Origin: Aquifex aeolicus VF5
Lineage (GTDB): Bacteria > Aquificota > Aquificia > Aquificales > Aquificaceae
Direction: 5' to 3'
DNA length: 32,000 nucleotides
NCBI RefSeq assembly: GCF_000008625.1
Contig: NC_000918.1
Location: forward strand, 1,500,001 to 1,532,000
Below the pieces are notes generated by a model. That model worked only from the letters and a program-made list of their open reading frames with translations, made no database searches and was not told the origin of the DNA. Shown here in pieces: positions 8,458-19,143 of this stretch. The stretch's first letter is position 1. Each line of letters starts with the position of its first letter. The translations under genes and the position numbers were made by a program.

Positions 8458-11028
8458 ATGTCCGTTGATAAAAGCAAAGCTCTTGTTCTTTGGCTCGATG
8501 AAGTTACCATTGAAGATATCCCTATAGCTGGCGGTAAGAACGCATCGTTAGGTGAGATGATAAGAAATCTCTCACCTCTTGGCGTGAAAATTCCCTATGG
8601 ATACGTCGTTACCGCAAACGCTTACTACTACTTCCTCGATTACAACAACCTGAGGGACAAAATAAGGAAGATTCTGGAGGGGTTGAACACGGACGACCTG
8701 AAGGACCTTCAGAGGAGGGGACACGAGGTAAGGGAACTTATAAGAGGGGGAACGTTTCCACCGGATTTAGAAGAAGCTATAAAGGATTATTATAATAAGC
8801 TATCGGAAAAGTACAAAACCCACGCCGTTGACGTTGCTGTTCGTTCTTCTGCAACCGCTGAGGACCTTCCGGACGCTTCCTTTGCAGGACAGCAGGAAAC
8901 TTACCTGAACGTTGTTGGTGCGGAAAATGTCCTCGTAGCTATAAAGAACTGCTTTGCATCCCTCTTTACGGACAGGGCCATCGTTTACAGGGAAAGATTC
9001 GGGTTTGACCACTTTAAGGTAGGTATAGCGGTAGGCGTTCAGAAGATGGTTCGCTCCGATATGGGAGCTTCAGGTGTTATGTTTACCCTTGATACGGAAA
9101 CAGGTTTTAAAGACGTAGTAGTAATAAACGCAGCCTACGGACTCGGTGAACTCCTCGTGAGGGGAGAAGTCACCCCGGACGAGTACATAGTGTTCAAACC
9201 CACCCTAATGAAGGGATACTCAGCGATAATAGAAAAGAAACTAGGGAGAAAAGACAGGAAGATGATTTACGGAACGGGGGACGAGAGGGTAAAGATAGTA
9301 AACGTTCCCAAGGAAGACCAGAAAAAGTTTGCACTAAACGACGACGAAATTCTACAGCTCGCAAAGTGGGGCGTCCTTATAGAAGAGCACTACTCCAAAA
9401 AGAACGGTAGATGGACACCTATGGATATTGAGTGGGCAAAAGACGGGATACTCAACGAGCTTTTTGTGGTTCAGGCGAGACCCGAAACTGTTCACTCCAG
9501 AAAGAAGGAAAACGTAGTGAAGATTTACAAGATAAAAACCCCTGAAGAGGAAAGGAAGAACAGGGTAATAGTAAAGGGGATAGCCGTAGGAGACAAGATA
9601 GCAACCGGAAAGGCGAGGGTTCTTTTTGACTTAAAAGAGGCGGACCAGTTCCAGGAAGGTGAGATACTCGTCACGGACATCACGGACCCGGACTGGGAAC
9701 CCGTAATGAAGAAAGCTGCGGCTATAGTAACTAACAGAGGAGGAAGGACTTCTCACGCGGCGATAGTCGCAAGGGAACTGGGAATTCCTGCAGTTGTGGG
9801 AACGGGAAACGCAACCGAAAAGATAAAAACGGGAGAAGAAATAACCGTATCCTGCGCAGAAGGTGAAACGGGATACGTCTACGAAGGTAAGATAGACTAT
9901 GAAGTAGAAGAGATAAACCTTGAAAACATTCCAAAGCCAAAAACAAAGATAATGATGAACATAGGAAATCCCGAGTCCGCCTTCAGGTACGCATCACTGC
10001 CAAACGACGGGGTGGGATTGGCAAGGGAAGAATTCATAATAGCAAACTACATAAAGATACACCCCCTTGCACTGCTCCACTACGAGGACCTCAAAGAACT
10101 CTACGAGAAACTGGAGAGGGAAAACCTAATAGACGAAAAAGGCTTTGTCCAGTTTAAACTCATTTACCACTACGCAAACGGAAGGCTTGCAAATAAACTC
10201 GCAAAGGGCAAAGACAAACTCAGGGTTAACTTGAGGAAGATACTTCAGGACATAGAAAACCTGACCTTCGGTTACGAGGACAAGGCGACCTACTACATAA
10301 AGAAACTCTCTTACGGTATAGCGAAAATAGCGGCTGCTTTTTACCCAAATCCTGTAATAGTGAGATTTTCCGACTTCAAGTCTAACGAGTACGCAAACCT
10401 TATCGGCGGAATTCTCTTTGAACCTGAAGAAGAGAACCCAATGCTCGGTTGGAGGGGAGCGTCAAGGTATTACTCTGACGTCTTTAAGGAAGCCTTCGGA
10501 ATGGAGTGCAAGGCGATTATCAGAGTTAGGAACAAGATGGGACTCACCAACACAAAAGTTATGATACCCTTCTGCAGGACACCCGAGGAAGGAGAAAAGG
10601 TCCTTCAGGTAATGGAAGAGTATGGACTCAGAAAAGGGGAAAATGGACTGGAAGTTTACGTTATGGCAGAACTTCCCAGCAACATTGTCCTTGCTGACAG
10701 ATACGCTCAGATATTTGACGGTTTCTCTATAGGTTCTAACGACCTCACTCAGCTCACTTTGGGACTGGACAGGGATTCTGAACTCGTGGCACACCTCTAC
10801 GACGAAAGGAACGAGGCTGTAAAAAGGCTCATCGCTCAACTCATAAAAACAGCAAAGGAGTACGGCAGGAAAGTGGGAATATGCGGTCAGGCTCCTTCGG
10901 ACTTTCCGGAATTCGCTCAGTTTCTCGTTGAACAGGGAATAGACAGTATATCCCTCAACCCAGACTCCGTACTCAAGACCATGCTCGCGGTAGTAGAAAT
11001 GGAGAAAAAACTCGGAGTCCTTAAATGA
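8458..11028 (+). CDS. ppsA: Phosphoenolpyruvate synthase
   Basis: [39 protein letters not shown], phospho-His domain [52 protein letters not shown]. Confidence 0.97.
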
Positions 11029-11921
11029 AACTCCTAGAGAAGATAAAGGAAAGGACAAAAGGTTTCCGTTTACCTTCCCTTTCTCTCTCCCCTAAAACTT
11101 CACTTTCCGTTTTCCTAACTCCTGAATTCGTCCGAATAATGGAAGTAGACAGAGAAGGTAATAACACATTTGAACCAGTAGAAGTAGACCTTTCGGGAAA
11201 GAGCGAAACAGAAAGACTGAACCTATTGGCTGAAAAGGTCAATGAACTCGGTATAAGGGGAAAGGTAGCCCACACCTGCATAACCGCGAGAAACGGAATT
11301 TTAAAGGTTCAAAAATTCCCCTCTACTTTAGGAAAGAAAGAGCTTCAGGAAGCTATAGACACGATGATAAACATAGAAAAGGAAAACCTGAAAGAGGAAA
11401 GCATTTACGATTACTTCATTCAGGAAACGGAAGACAAGAAATTCAAGATAGTGTACTTAGTCCTTGTGAGAAAACTCGCCTACGAAAACCTCAAAAAATT
11501 CCTGGAAGGTGCTGGACTCAGACTCGGTATAGTGGACTTTGAAATTACTACGCTTGTGAACGCTGGGCTCCATTTAAATCTGAAAATTCCTTTTGCGATA
11601 CTTTACGTTGACTTTCACGAAAGTATTTTTCTTTACTACACAGACCAGAGCTTGACGTATAACGTCCTGAACTTTTCCTTCAGGGAATACCTGGAAACCA
11701 AGGAAGAATTTATATTAGAAGATTTCTTCATAGAGGTTAAAAATCAACTCATAATAAACGAGGTTAGTACCCTTTACCTTGCCGGAAAAGCGGTTGAGTA
11801 CGATGAGGTTTTGGATAAAATCCTTACGAACCTTCCCATACTCAGTCCTTTAGAACCGCCTAATGCGTCAGCATCTTTTTTAATCCCGTATATTCTATGT
11901 ATGAGGGGGTTTGAGGGATAA
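11025..11921 (+). CDS. PilM-like actin-fold protein (type IV pilus assembly)
   Basis: [20 protein letters not shown] near the N terminus, [54 protein letters not shown]; followed by a PilN-like gene. Confidence 0.55.
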
Positions 11922-12571
11922 TGGCTAATAAACGTAAAGAGTTTATAAAATTAAACCTTAACAAAGAAAGAAAGGCTTTTATAGAACTCAGAGGAATAAA
12001 CTTAGAATTGTTAAAGGAGTTCTTGAGTTCTAACGTACTCCCTTTGACGTTTATCGGTAGCCTTTTGATATTAATTCTTACGATTGTTTACTACTTCACT
12101 CTGTCAGGATCAGTGAATGAATTAAAAAATGAAATTTCAAAGGAAAAATCTAAAAAGGAAAGGCTACTTTCAGAAATAAAAAGGTTAGAAGAACTGAAAA
12201 AAACTCTGGAAACTAAGAAGGCAATATACGAAGTCGTAAAAATTTACAACGATATGGTGATAAAAATCTTGGAAAATCCCGTAAACTTGCCTTACGGATA
12301 CTCCCTTCAGAACTTCTCCTTGTGTGCTTTCAGGTTTAAAAACTGTGATATACAAGAAAAACTGAATAAAGACAAGAGCTTTTCCCTTGACAAACCTATA
12401 GCTCAGCTGGATTTGGTTCTCTTCAACAGGAAACTTGAAAATTACATCCCACCCGACAGCATAAGGAAGTTTACGTACGTAGTTATAGACAACTTGCCCT
12501 ACAGAAGGGTTTGCATAGAACCCGATTACGAAAGGCTCTTAGCTGAGAAAGGGCATAGAAAGGAAGAGTAA
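11921..12571 (+). CDS. PilN-like inner-membrane protein
   Basis: [15 protein letters not shown]..., one TM ([25 protein letters not shown]), then coiled coil [34 protein letters not shown]; overlaps the PilM-like gene. Confidence 0.5.
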   Translation: MANKRKEFIKLNLNKERKAFIELRGINLELLKEFLSSNVLPLTFIGSLLILILTIVYYFTLSGSVNELKNEISKEKSKKERLLSEIKRLEELKKTLETKKAIYEVVKIYNDMVIKILENPVNLPYGYSLQNFSLCAFRFKNCDIQEKLNKDKSFSLDKPIAQLDLVLFNRKLENYIPPDSIRKFTYVVIDNLPYRRVCIEPDYERLLAEKGHRKEE

Positions 12572-12590
12572 AAGTTATTACCCTTTCCTT

Positions 12591-14669
12591 ATGGAAAAGA
12601 AACCCAACAGACTCATAAAGGAAAAGAGTCCATACCTCAGACAACACGCTTATAATCCCGTTGACTGGTACCCCTGGGGTGAGGAAGCCTTTAAGAAGGC
12701 TAAAGAGGAAGACAAGCCCATATTCCTCTCAATAGGGTACTCCACGTGTCACTGGTGTCACGTTATGGAAAAGGAGAGTTTTGAGGACCCAGAAATAGCC
12801 GAAATTCTTAACAATTACTTCGTTCCTATAAAGGTTGACCGTGAAGAAAGGCCCGACGTTGACGCTTTTTACATGAGCGTGTGTCAGGCTATGACGGGAA
12901 CGGGCGGGTGGCCTCTTACGATAATAATGACACCCGATAAAGAACCTTTCTTTGCAGGAACCTACATACCTAAGGAAGGAATGTTCGGAAGACCAGGACT
13001 CAGGGACTTACTCTTAACGATAAGGGAACTCTGGGAAAAGGACAGGACGAAAATCCTGAATACCGCTAAACACCTAGTGAAAGCCCTTCAAGAAGCGTCA
13101 AGGGAAACCCAAAAAGCCCAGATAGGTGAGGAAACTATACACAGGGCATTTTCGGAATTGTTTTCTTCATACGACGAGCATTTCGGAGGATTCGGCTCCG
13201 CTCCCAAATTCCCTACTCCCCACAACTTAATGTTTTTAGGGAGGTACTACTACAGGTATAAAAGGGAACAGGCTCTGAAGATGATAGAAAAGACTCTCAC
13301 AAATATGCGCATGGGAGGGATATACGACCACGTAGGCTTTGGTTTCCATAGATATTCAACCGATAGAGAATGGATACTCCCTCACTTTGAGAAGATGCTC
13401 TACGACCAGGCAATGCTCCTTTTCGCTTACACAGAGGGATATCAGCTTTTAAAGAAAGATCTGTTTAAACAAACAGTTTACGAGATCGTTGATTTCCTTA
13501 AAAGGGATATGCTCTCTCCGGAAGGTGCCTTTTACTCGGCGTGGGATGCGGACAGCGAAGGTGAGGAAGGTAAGTTCTACACGTGGAGTTTTGAAGAATT
13601 AAAAGAAGTACTTGATCCCGAAGAACTGGAACTTGCAGTGAAAGTGTTCAACCTCTCTCAGGAGGGAAATTACCTTGAGGAGGCCACAAAGGTCAAAACG
13701 GGAAGAAACGTCCTTTACATAGGAAAATCCTACGAAGAACTGGCAAAAGAACTCGGAATTTCTGAGAAAGAGTTAAAGGAAAAGCTTGAAAGGATTAGGA
13801 AAAAACTTTTCGAAGCGAGAGAAAAGAGGGTAAAACCCTTAAGAGATGAGAAGATACTCACCGACTGGAACGGCTTGACGATAGCAGCACTTTCATACGC
13901 GGGTAAAGTGTTCGGAGAAAAGGAATGGATAGATTTAGCAAAAGGTGCGGCGGACTTCGTCCTGAAAAATATGAGAACGGAAAATGGTTTACTCCTTCAC
14001 AGGTACATGGAAGGAGAAGCCAAGTACTGGGGTTTTCTGGAAGATTACGCTTACTTTATATGGGGACTGATGGAACTCTACGAGGCTACACTAGACTCAA
14101 AATACTTAGAAGAAGTTATTAAACTTCAGGAAATTCAGATAAAGCATTTCTGGGATAAGGAGAACGGAGGATTTTTCCAAACTCCCGACTTTTTCACTGA
14201 AATACCTGTAAGGAAAAAAGAAGTTTACGACGGAGCAATTCCTTCTGGAAATTCAGTCTCGGCTTATAATCTCATAAGGCTTGGAAGGTTAATTTCACGA
14301 AGCGAATACGAGAAATACGGGACAAAAACCCTTGAAGCCTTTTCATGGGAAATAGCTAACTTCCCTTCAGCTCACACATTTTCAATAATAGCTTTAGACC
14401 TTATCGTAAACGGAACTAAGGAGTTGGTAATAGTCCCTACAGATGACTCATGGAGGAATTTAAAGGCTCAACTGGATAAGGAGTATTTACCAGACCTGCT
14501 GATACTGAAAAAAGACAAGGTTATAGAAAAACTTTCAGAAAACTTGGAACAAATGAAACCTGTAGAAGGAAAAACTACTTATTACCTGTGCAGAAATTAC
14601 ACCTGTGAAAGCCCACAGATACAATCAGATAAAGTATTAGAAAGGATAAAAGGGAAAGGAAAGGGTTAG
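12591..14669 (+). CDS. DUF255/thioredoxin-like domain protein (YyaL/SSP411 family)
   Basis: [65 protein letters not shown]..., [25 protein letters not shown]. Confidence 0.95.
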   Translation: MEKKPNRLIKEKSPYLRQHAYNPVDWYPWGEEAFKKAKEEDKPIFLSIGYSTCHWCHVMEKESFEDPEIAEILNNYFVPIKVDREERPDVDAFYMSVCQAMTGTGGWPLTIIMTPDKEPFFAGTYIPKEGMFGRPGLRDLLLTIRELWEKDRTKILNTAKHLVKALQEASRETQKAQIGEETIHRAFSELFSSYDEHFGGFGSAPKFPTPHNLMFLGRYYYRYKREQALKMIEKTLTNMRMGGIYDHVGFGFHRYSTDREWILPHFEKMLYDQAMLLFAYTEGYQLLKKDLFKQTVYEIVDFLKRDMLSPEGAFYSAWDADSEGEEGKFYTWSFEELKEVLDPEELELAVKVFNLSQEGNYLEEATKVKTGRNVLYIGKSYEELAKELGISEKELKEKLERIRKKLFEAREKRVKPLRDEKILTDWNGLTIAALSYAGKVFGEKEWIDLAKGAADFVLKNMRTENGLLLHRYMEGEAKYWGFLEDYAYFIWGLMELYEATLDSKYLEEVIKLQEIQIKHFWDKENGGFFQTPDFFTEIPVRKKEVYDGAIPSGNSVSAYNLIRLGRLISRSEYEKYGTKTLEAFSWEIANFPSAHTFSIIALDLIVNGTKELVIVPTDDSWRNLKAQLDKEYLPDLLILKKDKVIEKLSENLEQMKPVEGKTTYYLCRNYTCESPQIQSDKVLERIKGKGKG

Positions 14670-15262
14670 TAGAGAACGATTACGTCCACCGCCCTTTGTT
14701 CGGGGTGCCTTTCCCCTATTAAATTTGCAAGCTCTTCACCGTAGGAAGCTATCCTTACTTTTTCAACGGGTATTCCGTTCTTTATAAGGTATGCGGCAAC
14801 GTTTTGAGCCCTCTTCATAGAAAGTTCAAAGTTGTAACCTCTCGTTCCTCTGGGATCAGCGTATCCAACTACTATAACTTTTTTGATGTCCTTATCCCTT
14901 ACAGCGTCTATAAGTTCATCGAGTGTAGCTTTAGCGTCATCTCTCAAAGTGAACTTATTGGAATCAAAGTAAACTCTGACCTGTTCCTTTCCGGTGATTT
15001 TGAGTTTTTCTATTTCCGCTCTGATTTCTTCATGCTCTCTTCTGAGGGAATCTACATCACTTTCAAGTGCAGATACTCTCTTGTCAAGATTTGCGATGTT
15101 TTCCTTGTTAATTTCTATTTGTTTCATATAATCCCCATAACACTTATCGATCAGGTATTTTGAGAATGCAGCCTTAGAATCCTTACAGGGATCTTCGGTT
15201 TTTACACCACAGCCAGCTAAAACTATACTTCCTGCAATTCCAGCGATCAGAATTTTCTTCAT
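14666..15262 (-). CDS. Pal/OmpA-family peptidoglycan-associated lipoprotein
   Basis: Signal and lipobox [18 protein letters not shown], coiled region, OmpA domain [21 protein letters not shown]...[30 protein letters not shown] track gives 15277 as the longest start. Confidence 0.88.
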   Translation of the reverse strand: MKKILIAGIAGSIVLAGCGVKTEDPCKDSKAAFSKYLIDKCYGDYMKQIEINKENIANLDKRVSALESDVDSLRREHEEIRAEIEKLKITGKEQVRVYFDSNKFTLRDDAKATLDELIDAVRDKDIKKVIVVGYADPRGTRGYNFELSMKRAQNVAAYLIKNGIPVEKVRIASYGEELANLIGERHPEQRAVDVIVLY

Positions 15263-15300
15263 TTTTCCCACCTCCATTATTGAGAAAAAGATCTACTATT

Positions 15301-15329
15301 AGTATATAGCTTTTAAATCTTGCTGTCAA
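15301..15329 (-). promoter_or_regulatory. Consensus sigma70-type promoter for the Pal/OmpA lipoprotein gene
   Basis: Minus strand TTGACA (15329-15324), 17 nt spacer, TATACT (15306-15301), 38 nt before the ATG at 15262. Confidence 0.75.
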
Positions 15330-15346
15330 ATTATTTGATAGTTATA

Positions 15347-15422
15347 TGGTGAGCCGGGCGGGACTCGAACCCGCGACCCACGGCTTAAAAGGCCGTTGCT
15401 CTACCAACTGAGCTACCGGCTC
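15347..15422 (-). tRNA. tRNA-Lys (anticodon TTT), CCA encoded
   Basis: Minus: GAGCCGGTAGCTCAGTTGGTAGAGCAACGGCCTTTTAAGCCGTGGGTCGCGGGTTCGAGTCCCGCCCGGCTCACCA; full cloverleaf, loop CTTTTAA. Confidence 0.97.
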
Positions 15423-15435
15423 TTAGCAGCTCAAC

Positions 15436-15511
15436 TGGTGGAGCGGAGGGGACTCGAACCCCCGACCTCCGACATGCCATATCGGCGCTCTCCCAGCTGA
15501 GCTACCGCCCC
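15436..15511 (-). tRNA. tRNA-Ala (anticodon GGC), CCA encoded
   Basis: Minus: GGGGCGGTAGCTCAGCTGGGAGAGCGCCGATATGGCATGTCGGAGGTCGGGGGTTCGAGTCCCCTCCGCTCCACCA; carries the G3:U70 Ala identity pair. Confidence 0.97.
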
Positions 15512-15527
15512 TACTGACAGAATAGAA

Positions 15528-15556
15528 ATTATAATCCTTTTAAATGAAGGTTTCAA
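15528..15556 (-). promoter_or_regulatory. Promoter for the tRNA-Ala/tRNA-Lys unit
   Basis: Minus strand TTGAAA (15556-15551), 17 nt spacer, TATAAT (15533-15528), 16 nt before the mature tRNA-Ala 5' end. Confidence 0.8.
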
Positions 15557-15561
15557 GTATC

Positions 15562-15567
15562 TATAAT
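15562..15567 (+). promoter_or_regulatory. -10 element for the gatC-recA-pilT operon
   Basis: Perfect TATAAT on the plus strand, 7 nt upstream of the gatC ATG; -35 is weak (TTTAAA at 15539-15544). Confidence 0.5.
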
Positions 15568-15574
15568 ACATACT

Positions 15575-15859
15575 ATGGTTGACAGGGAGTGGGTTTTAAA
15601 GATAGCTAAACTAGCAAGGCTGGAGCTAAAAGAAGAAGAAATAGAGGTATTCCAGAAACAGCTCTCGGATATACTGGATTTCATTGATCAACTCAAGGAA
15701 CTTGACACGGAAAATGTAGAACCCTATATTCAAGAATTCGAAGAAACTCCCATGAGGGAAGATGAACCCCATCCTTCCCTCGACAGGGAAAAAGCTTTGA
15801 TGAACGCCCCAGAGAGGAAGGATGGGTTCTTCGTAGTTCCCAGAGTTGTGGAGGTTTAG
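15575..15859 (+). CDS. gatC: Asp/Glu-tRNA amidotransferase subunit C
   Basis: [49 protein letters not shown]...[34 protein letters not shown]. Confidence 0.96.
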   Translation: MVDREWVLKIAKLARLELKEEEIEVFQKQLSDILDFIDQLKELDTENVEPYIQEFEETPMREDEPHPSLDREKALMNAPERKDGFFVVPRVVEV

Positions 15860-15860
15860 T

Positions 15861-16907
15861 ATGGCAAGGATGTCCGAGAACTTATCTGAGAAGAAGAAGG
15901 CTTTAGAAGTTGCACTTTCAAACATCGAAAAACGTTTCGGTAAAGGGGCAGTTATGCCCCTCAAATCCGTTGAAAAGGTTCAGGTAGAAACAATACCCAC
16001 CGGATCACTGGCTCTCGACATAGCAACGGGAGTGGGAGGAATCCCGAAGGGAAGAATTACGGAAATCTTCGGCGTTGAGAGTTCAGGAAAGACTACACTA
16101 GCCCTCCATGTCATAGCGGAAGCCCAAAAGAGGGGAGGAGTTGCGGTATTCATAGACGCGGAACACGCCCTTGATCCGAAGTACGCCAAAAAACTTGGAG
16201 TTGACGTTGAAAACTTGTACATCTCACAACCAGACTATGGTGAACAGGCTCTGGAAATAGCAGAAAGCTTAATAAACAGTGGTGCGGTGGACGTAATAGT
16301 TGTAGACTCGGTTGCAGCTCTTGTTCCGAAAGACGAACTCGAAGGAGAAATGGGTGAAGCACAGGTCGGAAAACAGGCAAGGCTTATGTCTCAGGCTCTC
16401 AGAAAGCTAAAAGGAGCTGTTCACAAAAGCAATACTGCATTAATATTTATCAACCAAATAAGAGAAAAAATAGGTGTAATGTTTGGAAACCCTGAGACAA
16501 CACCCGGAGGAAGGGCACTAAAGTTCTTCTCAGATATGAGACTTGAAGTAAGGAGACTGGGAGACGTAAAAGAAGGCGGAGAAAAAAAGGGCTACAGGGT
16601 AAAAGTGAGAGTAGTTAAAAACAAACTTGCACCGCCTTTCCAGGAAGCGGAGTTTGACATAATCTACGGTGAAGGTATATGTAAACTATGTGATCTGATA
16701 GAAGTTGCAACTAATTTGGGAATTTTTACAAAGAGCGGTTCCTGGTACAGTTACGGTGATAAGAGACTTGGTCAAGGCAAGGAGCAAGTGAAAAAGTACC
16801 TTCAAGAACACCCCGAATTAATTGATGAAATAGATCAAAAAGTAAGGGAGGCTGCAGGACTTGCTGGATCAAATATTGAGGAAAGCACTGGAGAAGAAGG
16901 CAAGTGA
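15861..16907 (+). CDS. recA: Recombinase RecA
   Basis: [99 protein letters not shown]. Confidence 0.99.
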   Translation: MARMSENLSEKKKALEVALSNIEKRFGKGAVMPLKSVEKVQVETIPTGSLALDIATGVGGIPKGRITEIFGVESSGKTTLALHVIAEAQKRGGVAVFIDAEHALDPKYAKKLGVDVENLYISQPDYGEQALEIAESLINSGAVDVIVVDSVAALVPKDELEGEMGEAQVGKQARLMSQALRKLKGAVHKSNTALIFINQIREKIGVMFGNPETTPGGRALKFFSDMRLEVRRLGDVKEGGEKKGYRVKVRVVKNKLAPPFQEAEFDIIYGEGICKLCDLIEVATNLGIFTKSGSWYSYGDKRLGQGKEQVKKYLQEHPELIDEIDQKVREAAGLAGSNIEESTGEEGK

Positions 16908-17973
16908 TATACATCTAAAAGTTGGATCTAAACCTGTAATCAGAACACCTGATGGGCTAGACACTCTTGAAGAGTTCCCCCCTATTGACATTGATCTTTT
17001 TGAGGTATTTGTTAAAGAAATACTTGAACATCATCCTAAAAAGAAAAAAGAACTTGAAGAACAAGGGCAGGTTGACCTCTCCTACGCTATCCCTAAGGTT
17101 TCCCGCTTCAGGGTAAACCTTTACAAACAAAGAGGAACCTACGCTATGGCCCTCAGGGTCATACCCTTCGACATTCCCGAATTCAAAAAATTAAACTTAC
17201 CGCCGGTAATGCTCCAAACTGCTCTCAAACATTCAGCAGGAATGATACTCGTTACCGGACCCACGGGTTCAGGTAAGTCTACAACCATAGCTTCGATAAT
17301 AAACGAAATAAACAAACGCTTGAGTAGAGTGATAATTACAATTGAAGATCCAATAGAGTACCTCTTTAAAGATATACAGTCTTTTATAGCACAAAGAGAA
17401 GTAGGGTGGGATACTGAAAGTTTCTTCCTGGGTTTAAGGGCTGCTCTCAGAGAGGACCCGGACATAATATTTGTCGGAGAAATAAGAGACACGGAGACGG
17501 CCAAAACTGCACTCCACGCTGCAGAAACAGGACACTTAGTATTCTCTACACTGCACACACTCGACGCAGTTGAAACTATAAACAGGTTCATAGGTATGTT
17601 TCCATTGGAGCACAGAGATCAAATAAGACAGATGCTCGCCTCCACGCTTATAGCCGTGTACTCCCAGAGGTTAGTGTCCAAAAAAAATGGTGGAGGTAAA
17701 GTTCCTGTAGTAGAAATAATGATAATGACACAAACTATAAGGGAAGCCATACTCGAAAACAGACCACAGGACATCCCTGAACTCATAGAAAAGGGAAGAT
17801 TAGTGTACGGTTCTCAAACCTTTGACCAGCATCTCGAAGAACTATACAGAAAAGGCTTAATAGATCTAGAAACCGCACTCCTTTACGCAAGAAGACCTGC
17901 AGATCTCGAGCTAAGGCTGAAAGGTATATCCACCGATGAAGATATTATAGAAGGTGATAATTACTTAACATGA
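16861..17973 (+). CDS. pilT: Twitching motility ATPase PilT
   Basis: [87 protein letters not shown] start, 47 nt overlap with recA. Confidence 0.95.
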
Positions 17974-18638
17974 AGATAGCCATAGACGGACCTTCAGCGA
18001 GCGGAAAAAGTACCGTTGCCAAAATAATCTCACAAAAATTAAACATTCCTTACTTAGAAACTGGTTTAGTATACAGAACTTACGCCTACGTTTCACTTAA
18101 GTTCAAAGTCCCTATTCAAGACATAGATAAACTCTTTAGTCTTCCCGTTAAAGTTGTGCCTAAAATCGGAAAGACAGAAGTTTATATTGAGGGAAAGCCG
18201 GTTAACGAAGAAGACTTAAGGAGTGAAGAAGTAGGAAAAAGGGCATCCGAACTCGGTTCTATCCCCGAATTCAGGGAGAGAATTAATAAACTCTTCAAGG
18301 AGATAATAAACAACAAACAGATGGTAGTTGAGGGAAGGGACGCAGGAACTCACATAATCCCAGAAGCACCTGTTAAGGTTTTCATAACAGCCTCTCCTGA
18401 GGAGAGGGCAAAGAGAAGGTACGAACAACTAAAAGAGCTGGGATACGAGGTTTCCTTTGAAGAAATACTCCAGAAAATACTGGAAAGGGATAAAAGAGAC
18501 ATGGAAAGACCAAAGTACCCCTTCAAGCCTGCAGAAGATGCCGTTATTATAGATACGACCAGAAAAAGCGTTGAAGAAGTGGTCGAAGAAGTCTTAAAGA
18601 TTATCCATGAACGTTCCCAATCTGCTGAGCTTATCTAG
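17970..18638 (+). CDS. cmk: Cytidylate kinase
   Basis: [93 protein letters not shown]. Confidence 0.95.
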   Translation: MKIAIDGPSASGKSTVAKIISQKLNIPYLETGLVYRTYAYVSLKFKVPIQDIDKLFSLPVKVVPKIGKTEVYIEGKPVNEEDLRSEEVGKRASELGSIPEFRERINKLFKEIINNKQMVVEGRDAGTHIIPEAPVKVFITASPEERAKRRYEQLKELGYEVSFEEILQKILERDKRDMERPKYPFKPAEDAVIIDTTRKSVEEVVEEVLKIIHERSQSAELI

Positions 18639-19143
18639 ACTCATACTTTCCCCCTTAATTCTTTACTTCGTTTTAGAAGAAAATTACTTAAGTTCTTTAG
18701 TCTTAGTCCTTTTTTTAGCTTTAATGGATTTTCTCGACGGATTTTTTGCAAGAAAGTTAAACCAGAGTACCAGAATGGGGAAAATTCTGGACCCTTTAGC
18801 GGATAAAGTATTTACTTTCTTCTCACTCCTTTCTTACACCTTCTTTTCAAAAGAAAGATTAAATCCTTTGATATTTTTTCTGCTTTTGGGAAGGGATATA
18901 ACTTTAATAATTGGGGGAATATTTCTAATAAAAAGGAAATTTACCCCTGAACCATCAATCTACGGAAAATTCACGACACTTTTCGTGTCTTTGAGTCTTT
19001 TGAGTGTCGGGATTTTAAACGTTTACGATGTGAATTTTTTACGGATTTTGACAAATGTTTTAGAAATCGTTTCATTAATCCTGATACTTGTATCCTGGGT
19101 GGATTACACACTTAAGGGCTTTAAAATGATTTTTAAGGAATGA
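18607..19143 (+). CDS. CDP-alcohol phosphatidyltransferase family (PgsA-like)
   Basis: MNVPNLLSLSRLILSPLILYF, LALMDFLDGFFARKLNQSTRMGKILDPLADKVFTF: CDP-OH-P motif D-G-A/FAR-G-LDPLADK. Confidence 0.9.
   Translation: MNVPNLLSLSRLILSPLILYFVLEENYLSSLVLVLFLALMDFLDGFFARKLNQSTRMGKILDPLADKVFTFFSLLSYTFFSKERLNPLIFFLLLGRDITLIIGGIFLIKRKFTPEPSIYGKFTTLFVSLSLLSVGILNVYDVNFLRILTNVLEIVSLILILVSWVDYTLKGFKMIFKE

Noticed and set aside
8800-9012. Short ORF inside ppsA (and similar 60-110 aa ORFs inside glyS, recJ, fmt, panC and others in the track)
   Set aside because: These lie fully within strongly supported genes in another frame and show low-complexity or Ser/Leu/Pro-rich antisense-like composition.
10462-11058. 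198-aa ORF antisense to the ppsA 3' end
   Set aside because: Long only because the ppsA frame lacks the complementary stops; sequence has no signal or domain character and conflicts with conserved PEP synthase coding sequence.
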